A stretch of DNA of 64,000 nucleotides. It comes from Bacilli bacterium. GTDB taxonomy: Bacteria > Bacillota_I > Bacilli_A > RFN20 > UBA1709. Position 1 is the first letter of the stretch. The number at the start of each line of letters is the position of its first letter. The notes under the pieces were generated by a model, which saw only the letters and a program-made list of their open reading frames with translations, did no database searches and was not told the DNA's origin. Location: contig JAXESU010000002.1 of assembly GCA_034115825.1 (NCBI GenBank), positions 538,233 to 602,232 on the forward strand, given 5' to 3'. Position numbers and translations under genes: made by a program. Positions 52,831-63,811 of the stretch are shown one piece after another.

Positions 52831-54598
52831 CTTTTTTACTCTTTATTGTACGACGACGTTTTGTAGAATCTTTAGCATCTTTGACAACATATTCAAAGCC
52901 ATCGTCATTCGTTACACGTTTATTAAGTATAACAGGCATAATCATTGGATTACGATTAGTTCTCTCATAAATAAGACTGGATAAACTATTTTTAATAGTA
53001 TTTTTAATAGCACCAAAAGTTACTTTTCCTTTCAAAAATAGTTCGTTCAAATCTTTATTTAATATGTCACTAGCTTCATCGATGAATGATTGTTGTTCAG
53101 TAAAATATGTGAATCCACGTGAAATAATATTTGGTTTGGAAATTAAACTATTGTTACGAGAATCCATAACAATGACAGCAACTACAACACCATCACTTGA
53201 TAGAACTTTACGATCTTTAATAACAGCAGTAGAAAGACCTGAAGTATCTTTTCCATCAACATAGATATCATCTGTATCAACACGACGAAGTGGACGAACA
53301 ATGCCATTTTCTAAAAGTAAAACATCACCATTAGCACATACAAAAGTATTTTCTTTTGGAATACCAATAGTTTCTGCTAATTGAGCATGTATTTTTAACA
53401 TATGATATTCACCATGAATAGGCATAAAGTATTTAGGTTTAAAAAGAGTTAACATCATTTTTAATTCTTCTTTGTTAGCGTGTCCTGATGCATGGATGTT
53501 AGTTAAAATTGATGAAGTTAAAACATCTGCGCCATTTCTAATTAACAAGTTAACAACTTTATTGACTGATTGACCATTTCCTGGAATTGGTGATGAGGAG
53601 AAAACAACTGTATCTCCAGGAAGAATACGAATATGTTTATGTGAGCCATTTGCAATACGAGATAAGGCAGCCATTGGTTCACCTTGAGAACCGGTACATA
53701 AGATTAATAATTCATCACTTCGATAAGTTTTAACGTCTTCTGGTTGAATGATGAAAGAATCAGGACAACGAATGTATCCATAATCACGCCCGATTGAAAC
53801 GGTTTTTTCCATTGAACGGCCGATAATACAAATTTTGCGATTAAACTTAACAGCAGCTTCAACAATTTGTTGAATACGATGGATATTTGAAGCAAAAGTA
53901 GCAACAATTAATCTTCCAGGAGCATTACGGAAAACTTCATGAATAGACTCAACAACACTTTTTTCGCTTAAAGAAATCCCTTCTTGTTCAGCGTTTGTTG
54001 AATCAGACATTAATAGCGTTACTCCTTCTTCACCGATACGCGCGATTTTATGAAAGTCAATATGTTGACCAACTGGAGTCAAGTCTAATTTAAAGTCACC
54101 AGTTGTAACGATTCGACCACCAGGTGAGAGAATAGAAATTCCCACTGAATCAGGGATAGAGTGGGTTGTTGAAAAGAAATCAACTTTAAAAGCCCCTATT
54201 GTTAAAGAGGAGTTACCATCAATTTCGACAATTTTTACTTTTTGTCGAACGCGATTTTCTTCTAATTTATTTCTAATTAAAGCAGCAGCAAGACGTGGAG
54301 CAAAAATCATCGGAACATTAACTTTTTGAAGCAAGAAAGGAATGCCTCCAATGTGATCTTCGTGACCATGAGTAATAACTAAAGCTCTAATTTTATATTG
54401 ATTTGTTTGTAAATATGCATAGCTTGGTATAACATAGTCAATTCCAGGTAAATCATCTTCGGGGAACATAACACCTGAATCGATAATTAATAAGTCATTT
54501 TCGCTTTCAATACAATACATATTTTTACCGACTTCGCCTAATCCACCAAGCGCAAAAACAGCAGTTTGATTATGAAGTAAAACTGACATAGTTCTCAT
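52811..54598 (-). CDS. rnj: ribonuclease J
   Basis: QTAVFALGGLGEVGKNMY, metallo-beta-lactamase VITHGHEDHIGG, beta-CASP and C-terminal domain. Confidence 0.9.
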   Translation of the reverse strand: MRTMSVLLHNQTAVFALGGLGEVGKNMYCIESENDLLIIDSGVMFPEDDLPGIDYVIPSYAYLQTNQYKIRALVITHGHEDHIGGIPFLLQKVNVPMIFAPRLAAALIRNKLEENRVRQKVKIVEIDGNSSLTIGAFKVDFFSTTHSIPDSVGISILSPGGRIVTTGDFKLDLTPVGQHIDFHKIARIGEEGVTLLMSDSTNAEQEGISLSEKSVVESIHEVFRNAPGRLIVATFASNIHRIQQIVEAAVKFNRKICIIGRSMEKTVSIGRDYGYIRCPDSFIIQPEDVKTYRSDELLILCTGSQGEPMAALSRIANGSHKHIRILPGDTVVFSSSPIPGNGQSVNKVVNLLIRNGADVLTSSILTNIHASGHANKEELKMMLTLFKPKYFMPIHGEYHMLKIHAQLAETIGIPKENTFVCANGDVLLLENGIVRPLRRVDTDDIYVDGKDTSGLSTAVIKDRKVLSSDGVVVAVIVMDSRNNSLISKPNIISRGFTYFTEQQSFIDEASDILNKDLNELFLKGKVTFGAIKNTIKNSLSSLIYERTNRNPMIMPVILNKRVTNDDGFEYVVKDAKDSTKRRRTIKSKKDDSISK

Positions 54599-54667
54599 CT
54601 CCTATCTATATTCAACTATTATCATATGTAATAACATTTCATAATAACTCTATTTTATATTATATAT

Positions 54668-54700
54668 TAAAAAAAAGGATTTGTAAATAAAACAAATCCT
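54668..54700 (-). terminator. intrinsic terminator of the alcohol dehydrogenase gene (minus strand)
   Basis: Plus aaaaaaaAGGATTTG-taaataaaa-CAAATCCT; on the minus strand the hairpin is followed by a T-run. Confidence 0.7.
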
Positions 54701-55862
54701 ATTCTAAACAATTTTTATAAATATTAACAACATCTTGAATTGTTAGTTTCTTAAATCCATTTATAACTCCATCTTTATTACAAGCTTTTGTTGCCATTTC
54801 TAAGAAGTAAGTTTCATCAATATTAACTTCTTTTAATGATGAAGCGACATTTAAACGTTTATAGAAGAAATTTTTTGTTTCTTCAATTGCTTTTTTGGCT
54901 ACAACCCATTTATCGTCATCATTGATATCAAAAACATTGCGACCATAAGCAACAAAACGATCAATAGTGGATTCATCTAAGATATATTCCATCCATCGAG
55001 GAGTTAAAATGGCAAGTCCAACACCATGAGTGATATCATAATAAGCACTCAAACTATGTTCCATTGGGTGACAAGACCAAGCATTATTTTCTTTTCCACA
55101 TTCAATAAGACTATTAATTGCAAGGGAAGAAGTCCACATTAAATTGGCTCTTGCTTCATAATTATTAGGTTCATGATAGGCAATTTCACCATATTTAATA
55201 ACGGTTTTTAATAATCCTTCAGCAATTTTATCACTTACAAAGGCATCTAAACGATTGTCAAAATAGACTTCAATAATATGTGAAAAAATATCACAAGTAC
55301 CAGCGGCAGTTTGATATTTAGAGACACTCATTGTATAAGTAGGGTCCAAAACACTACAAGTTGGAATAAATAACTCACTTCCAACTCCAATTTTTTCTTT
55401 TGTATTTAAATTGGAAATAACAGCACCACCATTCATTTCGCTTCCGGTTGCACTTAAAGTTAAAATTGTATAAATTGGTAAACATTCTTTAACAGCGACT
55501 TTACGCTTTACAATATCCCAAGCATCACAATCAAGTTTACTTGCTCCGGCAATAACTTTAGAGCAATCTAATACGCTACCACCACCAACGGCTAAAATAG
55601 CGTCAACATTATACTTTTTACAAAGTCTAGCACCTTCATTAACACTGGTAACTCTAGGATTTGGTTCGACACCACTTAATTCAATAATGTTTTTATCATT
55701 TAATAATTTATATACTTCATCATATAAACCACTTTTTTTAATACTTCCACCACCATATACTAACAATATATTGTGATGATTTTTCATTTCATCTTTTAGT
55801 TGTAAGATAGCATTTTTGCCAAATAAAATTTTTGTAGGAACATGGAAATCAAAATTTTTCAT
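54699..55862 (-). CDS. iron-containing (group III) alcohol dehydrogenase
   Basis: GGGS..D motif AVGGGSVLDCSKVIA and the metal-binding His cluster CHPMEH...HG. Confidence 0.85.
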   Translation of the reverse strand: MKNFDFHVPTKILFGKNAILQLKDEMKNHHNILLVYGGGSIKKSGLYDEVYKLLNDKNIIELSGVEPNPRVTSVNEGARLCKKYNVDAILAVGGGSVLDCSKVIAGASKLDCDAWDIVKRKVAVKECLPIYTILTLSATGSEMNGGAVISNLNTKEKIGVGSELFIPTCSVLDPTYTMSVSKYQTAAGTCDIFSHIIEVYFDNRLDAFVSDKIAEGLLKTVIKYGEIAYHEPNNYEARANLMWTSSLAINSLIECGKENNAWSCHPMEHSLSAYYDITHGVGLAILTPRWMEYILDESTIDRFVAYGRNVFDINDDDKWVVAKKAIEETKNFFYKRLNVASSLKEVNIDETYFLEMATKACNKDGVINGFKKLTIQDVVNIYKNCLE

Positions 55863-55873
55863 AAAATACCTCC

Positions 55874-56464
55874 TTATATTTCAATAGCGCCATCAATTTT
55901 TTTCCAAGGTGTTTCTTTATTAATGTGATCAAAATACAAAACACCATCTAAATGGTCAATCTCATGTTGAAGCACAATTGCTTCATAGCCTCTAAATTTT
56001 TGTGTAATCGTTTTTTTGGTTAAATAATCATACCCTGTGACGGTTATAAAAAAATATCGAGGGACAAAACCTTCTTTATCTAATTTAACGCTTAAACATC
56101 CTTCTCCACCTCTTAGATAAGCAAGGCGGGCAGAGTGGGAAACTATTTTAGGATTAATTAGTACATATTCAAGTTTATTAGTGACCTTATTTTCTTCATC
56201 AAAATATTCAATAAAGATAGCAATCATTTTTTTGGATATCCCTAATTGTGGTGCAGCTAAACCAACACCTGGTCGCAAATTATATTTGATTGCATTTTCT
56301 TCAATACTTGCAAAACGAAGGTAGTCAATTAAATACAAAGCAGTTTCTTCGTCTTCCTTGCTAAGAGGAAATGAAACATCACTCGCTTTTTTTCTTAATA
56401 TTTTATTTTCATTTTTATTACTTTCATCTAGAATTTTTCGTATATTAAACATACAATCACCCAT
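55874..56464 (-). CDS. def: peptide deformylase
   Basis: GVGLAAPQLG, EGCLS, QHEIDHLDG. The start may instead be the downstream Met (MFNIRKIL). Confidence 0.9.
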   Translation of the reverse strand: MGDCMFNIRKILDESNKNENKILRKKASDVSFPLSKEDEETALYLIDYLRFASIEENAIKYNLRPGVGLAAPQLGISKKMIAIFIEYFDEENKVTNKLEYVLINPKIVSHSARLAYLRGGEGCLSVKLDKEGFVPRYFFITVTGYDYLTKKTITQKFRGYEAIVLQHEIDHLDGVLYFDHINKETPWKKIDGAIEI

Positions 56465-56534
56465 TTGTAATTATAACACTATTAATTGAATTAAAAAATA
56501 TAAATGTGATAAAATATGATAGGAGGAGTCAAAA

Positions 56535-56864
56535 ATGGATGAGTTATTGATAAAAATAAGTGAATTAAGAGAGATGATAATTAAAAGTGAACTTTACCAA
56601 AAAGTTAAAGTACTTGAAAATAAATTGTTAGATGAAGAAAGAGCATTAATTATTGATTTTAAACAAAAAGAAGATGCTTATAATGATGCAATTCGTTTAG
56701 GATATTACAATGATTCTTATTTAATCTCGCTTCAAAAAAGCAAGGAGAAATTATATAGTACAACTAATTATCAAAATTATAAAAATGCTCTTAATGAAAT
56801 GAATGATTTTTTAAGTAAAGTTAGTCAATTAATTTATCAAGGGGTCATTCGTGATTTAGATTAG
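56535..56864 (+). CDS. YlbF/YmcA-family (UPF0342) small regulatory protein
   Basis: 109 aa, helical, characteristic MDELLIKISELREMI...YQKVK N-terminus. Confidence 0.6.
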   Translation: MDELLIKISELREMIIKSELYQKVKVLENKLLDEERALIIDFKQKEDAYNDAIRLGYYNDSYLISLQKSKEKLYSTTNYQNYKNALNEMNDFLSKVSQLIYQGVIRDLD

Positions 56865-56865
56865 T

Positions 56866-57396
56866 ATGAGAGTAATTGCTGGTAAATATCGTGGTATGAT
56901 TTTAAAAACACGCGAAGGTTTAAAAACTAGACCTACATTAGATAATGTGAAAGAAGCGATGTTTAATATAATTGGTTTTAAAATCTATAATAGTGTAGTT
57001 TTGGATTTATTTTCTGGAAGTGGTGCTTTAGGGATTGAAGCATTGTCTAGAGGAGCAAAAGAAGTTGTTTTCAATGATGCCGATAAAGAAGCTATAACTT
57101 ATATCAAAGATAATTTAGAACGATTAAAAGTTGAAGAATCGTACAAAATTTATAATTTGGATTATAAAGAATGTCTTAATAGAATAAATAAGCCAATTGA
57201 CATCGTTTTACTTGATCCGCCATATAAATTATATGTTTATGATGAAATTCTAAAATATTTAGAAGAGCATAATTTATTAAATGAAAATGCATTGATTATT
57301 TTCGAGTGTGAAAAAGAATTTCAATTTAGTACTGAAAAATATAAAGTAAAAGAGTATAAGTATGGGAAGAAAAAATTAATTACATTAAAGAGGTAA
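56866..57396 (+). CDS. rsmD: 16S rRNA (guanine966-N2)-methyltransferase RsmD
   Basis: MRVIAGKYRGMILKT..GLKTRPT, VLDLFSGSGALGIEALSRGA, LDPPY. Confidence 0.85.
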   Translation: MRVIAGKYRGMILKTREGLKTRPTLDNVKEAMFNIIGFKIYNSVVLDLFSGSGALGIEALSRGAKEVVFNDADKEAITYIKDNLERLKVEESYKIYNLDYKECLNRINKPIDIVLLDPPYKLYVYDEILKYLEEHNLLNENALIIFECEKEFQFSTEKYKVKEYKYGKKKLITLKR

Positions 57397-57399
57397 AAA

Positions 57400-58197
57400 A
57401 TGGAGAAAGTCGATTTACATATTCATAGTTATTTTTCAGATGGAGTAAAAAGTGTTGAAGAAATTGTTGAGTTAGCTAAAGATTTAAAGTATTTTGCTAT
57501 TTGTGATCATAATGAATATCTAGGTTCCTTACAAGCAACAAAATTATCAAATAAAGCTATTTTAGGATGTGAAATAGACTGCGTTTACGATAATACATTA
57601 ATTCATATACTGGGATATAACTTTGATTACCAAAATCAAGAGTTGATAAAGCTATTAAGTGAGAGCAAGGAAAGAATTGAGAACCAAGATTTTAATACAT
57701 TAGTAAAAATGAGTGAAAAATATCCTAATATTGATTTATCTTATTATAAAAATTATCATTATGATAAAACACGTGGTGGATTTAAAATGTTAAATTATTT
57801 TATTGATTTAGGGATGGTTAACAATATGTATGATTTTTTTACGTTAATTGAACCATTTGAAGAAGAAAAAAATGATTTATATAATGTTAAAGAAGTTATC
57901 GATATTATTCATAGAGCAAATGGCGTTGCTATTCTTGCTCATCCAATTAAAATGATTAAAAAAAATAATCTTGAGGACTATATTAATCAATTTATTAAAT
58001 TTGGTATTGATGGAATTGAATGTTATTATCCATCTCATTCAATAGATGATATTGATTATTTGTTATCTATTGCAAATAAGAATAATTTAGATATTACTTG
58101 TGGCTGTGATTTTCATGGACATTCTAATACAATTAAAATAGGGCAATTAGATGTAGATTATCAAAAATTAAGATTAAAAAAAGTGACTGGAAAATAG
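57400..58197 (+). CDS. stand-alone PHP-domain phosphoesterase (TrpH/YciV-like)
   Basis: DLHIHSYFSDG, CDHNEY, GCEIDC, ILAHP. Confidence 0.8.
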   Translation: MEKVDLHIHSYFSDGVKSVEEIVELAKDLKYFAICDHNEYLGSLQATKLSNKAILGCEIDCVYDNTLIHILGYNFDYQNQELIKLLSESKERIENQDFNTLVKMSEKYPNIDLSYYKNYHYDKTRGGFKMLNYFIDLGMVNNMYDFFTLIEPFEEEKNDLYNVKEVIDIIHRANGVAILAHPIKMIKKNNLEDYINQFIKFGIDGIECYYPSHSIDDIDYLLSIANKNNLDITCGCDFHGHSNTIKIGQLDVDYQKLRLKKVTGK

Positions 58198-58204
58198 TCA
58201 CTTT

Positions 58205-59794
58205 TTAAATATTTTCTATATTTGGGTCGATATAAATGGTTTTGTAATTTTTAAGAATTACTTTACCAATTTTGCCACCATTAATTTTTTTGACATTTTT
58301 GATATTAGTATAATTTACTGGTACAGTAGAAGAGTAACGTGCCTTTGAATAATATGCTGCAAGGTTAGCTGCATAACGAATGATATTTTCATCCAATGTT
58401 GAAACTTTAACTAAAATATGGCTTCCTGGATAGTCTTTTACATGGAAAAAATAATCATTATAATTAGCTAAGGAAAATGTGATATATTCATTTTGTAAAT
58501 TATTTTTGCCAATATAAAATATGGCGCCGAATTTTTGAAATTCAGTAACTTTTATTTTCTTTGAAACTGGTTTTTTGTTTAATTTCTTCTTGCTCTTGAT
58601 ATAACCATAATCAATAAGCTCGTTTCGTATTTGTTCAATATCATCTTTATTGCCAACTTCAATTTGATATTGAAGGTTTTCAAAATAGTTAAGATCATCA
58701 TTAGCTATTTCAATTTGTTCTTTAATAAAGGTTAATGATTTTTGTGCTTTTTGATATTTATTGAAGAAGCGAACGGCGTTTTTGGAGACATTAATTTTAT
58801 CATCTAATGGGATAATTAAGTTTTCTTCGCTAATTTTTATCTCTTTTAAACGCATATTTAATTTATCATTTGCGTAGGTAAAAATAGCATCACCATACTC
58901 CATATACTTTCTAGAATTATTAGCATCTTCTATTTCTTTGTTTAATTTATAAAGCTTTTCTTTCAATCGTTTAAGATTGGTCTTAATAATATTGTTCAAA
59001 TCACTAATTAATTCTTGATGTTGAATATAATTCATTTTTATCTTTTGAAAGGCAACAATTCCTTCATTAATTGAAAATGTATGATATTCTCCTAAATGGC
59101 TTAATGGTATTAAGTGATAGTCTTTTTGATGAACATAAAGAGTATTTGAATTAATTATTGAGTTTATAATATCGTTAAAAGACTCGTGTTCTAATCGATG
59201 TGCAATTTCTATCTTAACATTTTTACTTAATGTCGGGAATTCACTATTTAAGTCCTTATTAACATCATATTTATCAATTAGAGGATTTTTTGAAGTAAAT
59301 AGTGGTGGAAATTTGTATCTAGCTCCTGGCATTAAAGTTCGATTTGTATTTTCATTTGGGCCTTGCTTATTTAAACAATCGATGATGATATTATCATCTT
59401 TCGTTAATATGAGATTTGTTTGTTTGCCAGTTAATTCAACAAATAGAAATTTTAAATGTGGATCACCTAAGTCATCAAATGATTTGATGATAAATTTTAA
59501 AATACGATCATTATTTATTTGTTCGATATCAATGATAATTCCACCTTCTATTTGCTTTCTTAAAAAATAAGTGAAGTGGTTAGGAAAAGCATATTGATTA
59601 TTATCTTTAGTAAACGAAATAAAAGAATTATTTGTATTTGTTGCTAAAATTAAATCATAAATATTTTTGTCCTTATATAAAGTGAAGCAATAATCTAAAT
59701 TGGAAATATTATTAATTTTATTAATACGGGAATTAGAAAACTCATTTTTAAGAAGATGAAACATTTTTTCAAAAATAATAATATCAAAAGCCAT
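58205..59794 (-). CDS. rqcH: NFACT-family ribosome quality-control protein RqcH / FbpA-like
   Basis: N-terminal NFACT-N (FLFVELTGKQTNLIL...), coiled-coil middle, C-terminal NFACT-R/DUF814 (FHVKDYPGSHILV). Confidence 0.75.
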   Translation of the reverse strand: MAFDIIIFEKMFHLLKNEFSNSRINKINNISNLDYCFTLYKDKNIYDLILATNTNNSFISFTKDNNQYAFPNHFTYFLRKQIEGGIIIDIEQINNDRILKFIIKSFDDLGDPHLKFLFVELTGKQTNLILTKDDNIIIDCLNKQGPNENTNRTLMPGARYKFPPLFTSKNPLIDKYDVNKDLNSEFPTLSKNVKIEIAHRLEHESFNDIINSIINSNTLYVHQKDYHLIPLSHLGEYHTFSINEGIVAFQKIKMNYIQHQELISDLNNIIKTNLKRLKEKLYKLNKEIEDANNSRKYMEYGDAIFTYANDKLNMRLKEIKISEENLIIPLDDKINVSKNAVRFFNKYQKAQKSLTFIKEQIEIANDDLNYFENLQYQIEVGNKDDIEQIRNELIDYGYIKSKKKLNKKPVSKKIKVTEFQKFGAIFYIGKNNLQNEYITFSLANYNDYFFHVKDYPGSHILVKVSTLDENIIRYAANLAAYYSKARYSSTVPVNYTNIKNVKKINGGKIGKVILKNYKTIYIDPNIENI

Positions 59795-59904
59795 AAAATC
59801 ACCATGATTATTATATAATTTTATTTAAATTATGTAAATAATATTGACATCAAGAAATCGATTTAATATAATGGTTTTTAATATATTAAAAGGGGGGAGT
59901 AAAG

Positions 59905-60465
59905 ATGAAAAAGGGTAAATTAATAATTTTAAGTGGACCTAGCGGTGTCGGTAAATCAACAGTTAGAAAGGAATTGTTCAAGAAAGATGAGCTTAATTTA
60001 AAGTATTCTATCTCAATGACAACTAGAAAGCCACGTGAAGGTGAAAAAGATGGTGTCGATTATTTTTTTGTTACTGTAGATCAATTCAAACAAGCAATAA
60101 AAAATGGTGAATTATTAGAATATGCAGAATTTGTTGATAATTTTTATGGAACGCCAAAATTCTATGTCGATAAGTTGCTTAATGAAGGTTATAATGTCGT
60201 TTTAGAGATTGAAGTTGAAGGCGCAAAACAAGTAATGGTTCAATGCCCTGATGCTATTTCTATCTTTATTATTCCTCCAACATTTGAAGCTTTAGAAAAT
60301 CGTATTAGAGGAAGAAGAAGCGAAAGTGAAGATACGATTCAACTTCGTTTACAAAAAGCTCGTTATGAGTTACTTTTAACGAAAAACTATCAACATGTAA
60401 TCACTAATGATTCTATTGAACACACATGTGAAGTGATTGCTGATATTATTGAAAATCATGATTAA
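59905..60465 (+). CDS. gmk: guanylate kinase
   Basis: LIILSGPSGVGKSTV...SMTTRKPREGE...YFF. Confidence 0.9.
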   Translation: MKKGKLIILSGPSGVGKSTVRKELFKKDELNLKYSISMTTRKPREGEKDGVDYFFVTVDQFKQAIKNGELLEYAEFVDNFYGTPKFYVDKLLNEGYNVVLEIEVEGAKQVMVQCPDAISIFIIPPTFEALENRIRGRRSESEDTIQLRLQKARYELLLTKNYQHVITNDSIEHTCEVIADIIENHD

Positions 60466-60757
60466 ACCATTTGTACCTAGTATCCTTGATGTAATAGATA
60501 ATGGTGTGTTCATTTTGTATTTTTCTAATACAGATTGCGCTCCGTGTATTATGTTAGAAAAGATTTTATTACAAATTGATGAGTGTGATTTTTATAAATT
60601 AAATATTAGTGAATACTTAGAAATAGCTCAAAAACTTGATGTTACATCAATCCCTTCAATAAAGATATTTAAAAATGGTATAAATATATCAAACATAATT
60701 GGGGTTAGAAGTGAAAAAGATATTCGCAAAATCTTAAAACATTTCAATATTATATAA
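60458..60757 (+). CDS. small thioredoxin-like protein (CxxC)
   Basis: ATG 60458 overlaps the gmk stop. FILYFSNTDCAPCIMLE...IPSIKIFKNG follows the thioredoxin-fold pattern. Confidence 0.55.
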   Translation: MIKPFVPSILDVIDNGVFILYFSNTDCAPCIMLEKILLQIDECDFYKLNISEYLEIAQKLDVTSIPSIKIFKNGINISNIIGVRSEKDIRKILKHFNII

Positions 60758-60764
60758 AATAAAA

Positions 60765-60795
60765 ATCTTCTTGTATTTCAAGAGGATTTTTTATT
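60765..60795 (+). terminator. intrinsic terminator
   Basis: ATCTTCTTG-tattt-CAAGAGGAT followed by TTTTTATTTTT. Confidence 0.65.
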
Positions 60796-60947
60796 TTTGT
60801 TTCGCTAATAATTTTGAGTTTAGTAAAACTAATATAAAAGTTTAGAAAAAAAACAAAAAAATATATTGCAAATTAGCAAAAAAAATATATAATAATCACG
60901 TAATAATAAAAAATAAGTTTTATATTACTAAACAAAGGAGCGGTTTG

Positions 60948-61481
60948 ATGGATATTGGTAAAAAGATTAAAGAACTACGTTTAAAGAATAGTTTAACTTT
61001 ACAGGAATTAGCTAGTAGATGTGAATTAACTAAGGGTTTTTTATCTCAAGTTGAAAATGATTTAACTTCACCTTCTATTTCGACGCTAGAAGATATACTA
61101 GAAGCTCTTGGAACAACTTTAAGCGAATTTTTCCAAACACATGATGATGAAAAAATCATTTTTAAAAAAGATGACTTTTTTGAAGATGAAACTGAGGATT
61201 ATAAAATAAGTTTTATTATTCCTAATGCTCAAAAACATGATATGGAACCAATTATTATCGAAATTAATCCTTCATGTTCATCTAAAACGATTTATCCTTA
61301 TGAAGGAGAAGAATTCGGTCTTGTTTTAAGTGGCATATGTAAATTACGTTATGGAGATAAAGACTATGTTTTAAGACAAGGGGAGACTTTTTACGTTTAT
61401 GGTGATAAAGAACATGTCCTAACAAATATTGGATTACGACCTTGTCGTATTTTGTGGGTTTCTAATCCACCATCATTTTAG
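60948..61481 (+). CDS. XRE-family HTH regulator with a C-terminal cupin domain (PuuR-like)
   Basis: [41 protein letters not shown] (HTH); C-terminal cupin ([10 protein letters not shown]..., [13 protein letters not shown]). Confidence 0.8.
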   Translation: MDIGKKIKELRLKNSLTLQELASRCELTKGFLSQVENDLTSPSISTLEDILEALGTTLSEFFQTHDDEKIIFKKDDFFEDETEDYKISFIIPNAQKHDMEPIIIEINPSCSSKTIYPYEGEEFGLVLSGICKLRYGDKDYVLRQGETFYVYGDKEHVLTNIGLRPCRILWVSNPPSF

Positions 61482-61497
61482 AAAGGGGAACATTTTT

Positions 61498-63018
61498 ATG
61501 AAAAAAAATAAAAAAGTTTTAATTGAATTGAAAAATATTCACAAAGTATTTGAAGATGGGGTTACGGTTTTAGAAGATCTTAATTTAAAGATTTATCAAA
61601 ACGAATTTGTAACATTTTTAGGACCATCAGGTTGTGGTAAAACAACAACTTTAAGATTGATTGCTGGATTTGATATTCCAACAAGTGGACAAGTGTTATT
61701 AACCGGCGAAGATATTGCTAATCTTCCTCCATATAAACGTCCAATTAATACAGTTTTCCAAAGATATGCTTTATTTCCACATTTAGATGTTTACGATAAT
61801 ATTGCTTTTGGTCTTAAACTAAAACGTATTGAAGAAAAAGTAATTGATAAAAATGGTAATGAAGTAATTAAAACACGTAAATTAACTCGTGATGAAATTG
61901 ATGCTAAAGTAACTAGAGCATTAAAAATTGTTGACCTTGAAGAATTTGAGTGGCGTGACATTACAACGCTTAGTGGTGGTCAACAACAACGTGTTGCGAT
62001 TGCACGTGCAATTGTAAATGAACCACAAATTTTGTTACTTGATGAACCTTTAGGTGCTTTGGATTTAAAGATGCGTAAAGATATGCAACTTGAATTAAAA
62101 GAAATGCACAAAAAATTAGGTATTACATTTATTTATGTTACTCACGATCAAGAAGAGGCTTTAACAATGTCTGATACTATTGTCGTTATGAATGATGGTG
62201 AAATTCAACAAATTGGTTCACCAACAGATATTTATAATGAACCAAAGAATGCTTTTGTTGCTGACTTTATCGGTGAATCTAATATTTATAATGCGACAGT
62301 TGTTGATCAATATAAAGTTCGTTTTTTGAATCATGTATTTGATTGTGTTGATGATTTCCCAAAAAATGAATTAGTTGATGTTGTCGTTCGTCCTGAGGAT
62401 GTTATTTTACTTGAAAAAGATAAAGGTATGGTTAACGGTAAATTAGTATCTAAAATTTTTAAAGGTGTATATTATGAATATTTAGTTTTAGTTGGTAAAA
62501 ATGAAGTTTTGATTCAAGATACAACTAATCGTGAAGTTAATCAAGAAGTTAGTATTTCAATTGATAAAGAAAATATTCATTTAATGAATAAAATCTTCAC
62601 AGAGAATAGATACGATGCAACAATTACTAGTGATTATAAAGTTTGTTTTGCTGGTGGAGAATTTGAATGTGATGTTACGCAATTATTTAAAGGAAGTAAA
62701 ATTAATGAAAATGGTCTTTTAGTTGATGATAAAAATAATGAAATTGATGTTACTGATTTAGAAGTAATTGCAACTGTAAATATGAAAGATATCGAGATTA
62801 TTGATAATGAAGAAGATGGTGTAGTTGCTGGTGAAATTATTTCAATTATTTATAAAGGTGACCACTATCAAGTTATCATTAGAACTGAAGATGAAGATGA
62901 CTTTGTTGTTGATACTGAATGGACATGGAATGAATTTGATAAAGTAAGTGTAAAAATTGCAAGTAACAAAATTAAATTAAAATTAAAGGAAGAAAATAAA
63001 GCTCATGCTAAAAAGTAA
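61498..63018 (+). CDS. potA: spermidine/putrescine ABC transporter ATP-binding protein PotA with an extended C-terminal region (about 507 aa)
   Basis: Walker [10 protein letters not shown], signature [14 protein letters not shown], Walker [12 protein letters not shown]. About 140 extra C-terminal residues after the TOBE region. The ORF-track start at 61429 overlaps the regulator gene. Confidence 0.85.
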   Translation: MKKNKKVLIELKNIHKVFEDGVTVLEDLNLKIYQNEFVTFLGPSGCGKTTTLRLIAGFDIPTSGQVLLTGEDIANLPPYKRPINTVFQRYALFPHLDVYDNIAFGLKLKRIEEKVIDKNGNEVIKTRKLTRDEIDAKVTRALKIVDLEEFEWRDITTLSGGQQQRVAIARAIVNEPQILLLDEPLGALDLKMRKDMQLELKEMHKKLGITFIYVTHDQEEALTMSDTIVVMNDGEIQQIGSPTDIYNEPKNAFVADFIGESNIYNATVVDQYKVRFLNHVFDCVDDFPKNELVDVVVRPEDVILLEKDKGMVNGKLVSKIFKGVYYEYLVLVGKNEVLIQDTTNREVNQEVSISIDKENIHLMNKIFTENRYDATITSDYKVCFAGGEFECDVTQLFKGSKINENGLLVDDKNNEIDVTDLEVIATVNMKDIEIIDNEEDGVVAGEIISIIYKGDHYQVIIRTEDEDDFVVDTEWTWNEFDKVSVKIASNKIKLKLKEENKAHAKK

Positions 63019-63811
63019 ACTTCATTTTCAAAGAAAACAATTGACAATTCCTTATGCATTGTTTTTACTTTTCTTTGTTATTGCTCCATTAATTTTGGTT
63101 ACTTACTATGCATTTACTGATGGTGTTACAGGTAGTTTTACTTTCAATAATTTCATTAAGTTTTTTAGTTCTACTGATAGTTTAAATACATTTTTAGTTT
63201 CTCTTCTTATCGGAGGGGGGAATACGATTATTTGTCTTTTAATTGGTTATCCAATCGCAATGATTTTAGCAAACAAAAAATATAATAAGAGTTATGTTAT
63301 CGTCTTATTATTTATTATGCCAATGTGGATTAACTTTGTTCTTAGAACAGCAGCTTTAAGAGATGTTTTGTTCTTCCTTGGAATTAGAGGTGGCGAAAAT
63401 CCTTATTTAACTACAATGATTGGTATGGTCTATAACTATTTACCGTTTACTATTCTACCATTATATACAACAATGTTAAAAATGGATCGCTCTCAAATTG
63501 AAGCCGCTAGCGATTTAGGTGCTAATCCTTTCCAAACATTTTACAAAGTTATTTTACCAATGACTTTCCCTGGAATTGTTAGTGCAGCCACAATGGTATT
63601 TATGCCAACAATGTCTTCATACGTAATTTCAGATGTAATGGGTGAAAGAATGATTAGTTTAATCGGTAATTTGATTCAATTGAATTTCGATCAAGGTATG
63701 TGGCATGATGGAAGTGCTATTGCTTTAATAATGTTAATTATCATTGCTATTAGTGCTTTCTTTACTCGTAATATGGATAAAGAAAAGAATGCGAGGGGTA
63801 GTTTATGGTAA
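63005..63811 (+). CDS. potB: spermidine/putrescine ABC transporter permease PotB
   Basis: Six TM helices and the EAA-like loop [21 protein letters not shown]. Confidence 0.85.
   Translation: MLKSKLHFQRKQLTIPYALFLLFFVIAPLILVTYYAFTDGVTGSFTFNNFIKFFSSTDSLNTFLVSLLIGGGNTIICLLIGYPIAMILANKKYNKSYVIVLLFIMPMWINFVLRTAALRDVLFFLGIRGGENPYLTTMIGMVYNYLPFTILPLYTTMLKMDRSQIEAASDLGANPFQTFYKVILPMTFPGIVSAATMVFMPTMSSYVISDVMGERMISLIGNLIQLNFDQGMWHDGSAIALIMLIIIAISAFFTRNMDKEKNARGSLW

Noticed and set aside
52045-53907. Short ORFs inside or antisense to the GNAT, maf and rnj genes (52045-52260, 52730-52984, 52782-52970, 53064-53264, 53704-53907)
   Set aside because: Embedded in well-supported longer genes with clear motifs; no independent signals.
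57400-58197. Second PHP-domain gene as part of a defence system
   Set aside because: It is a stand-alone 265-aa TrpH/YciV-type PHP phosphoesterase in a conserved housekeeping context (rsmD, rqcH, gmk) with no ATPase partner.
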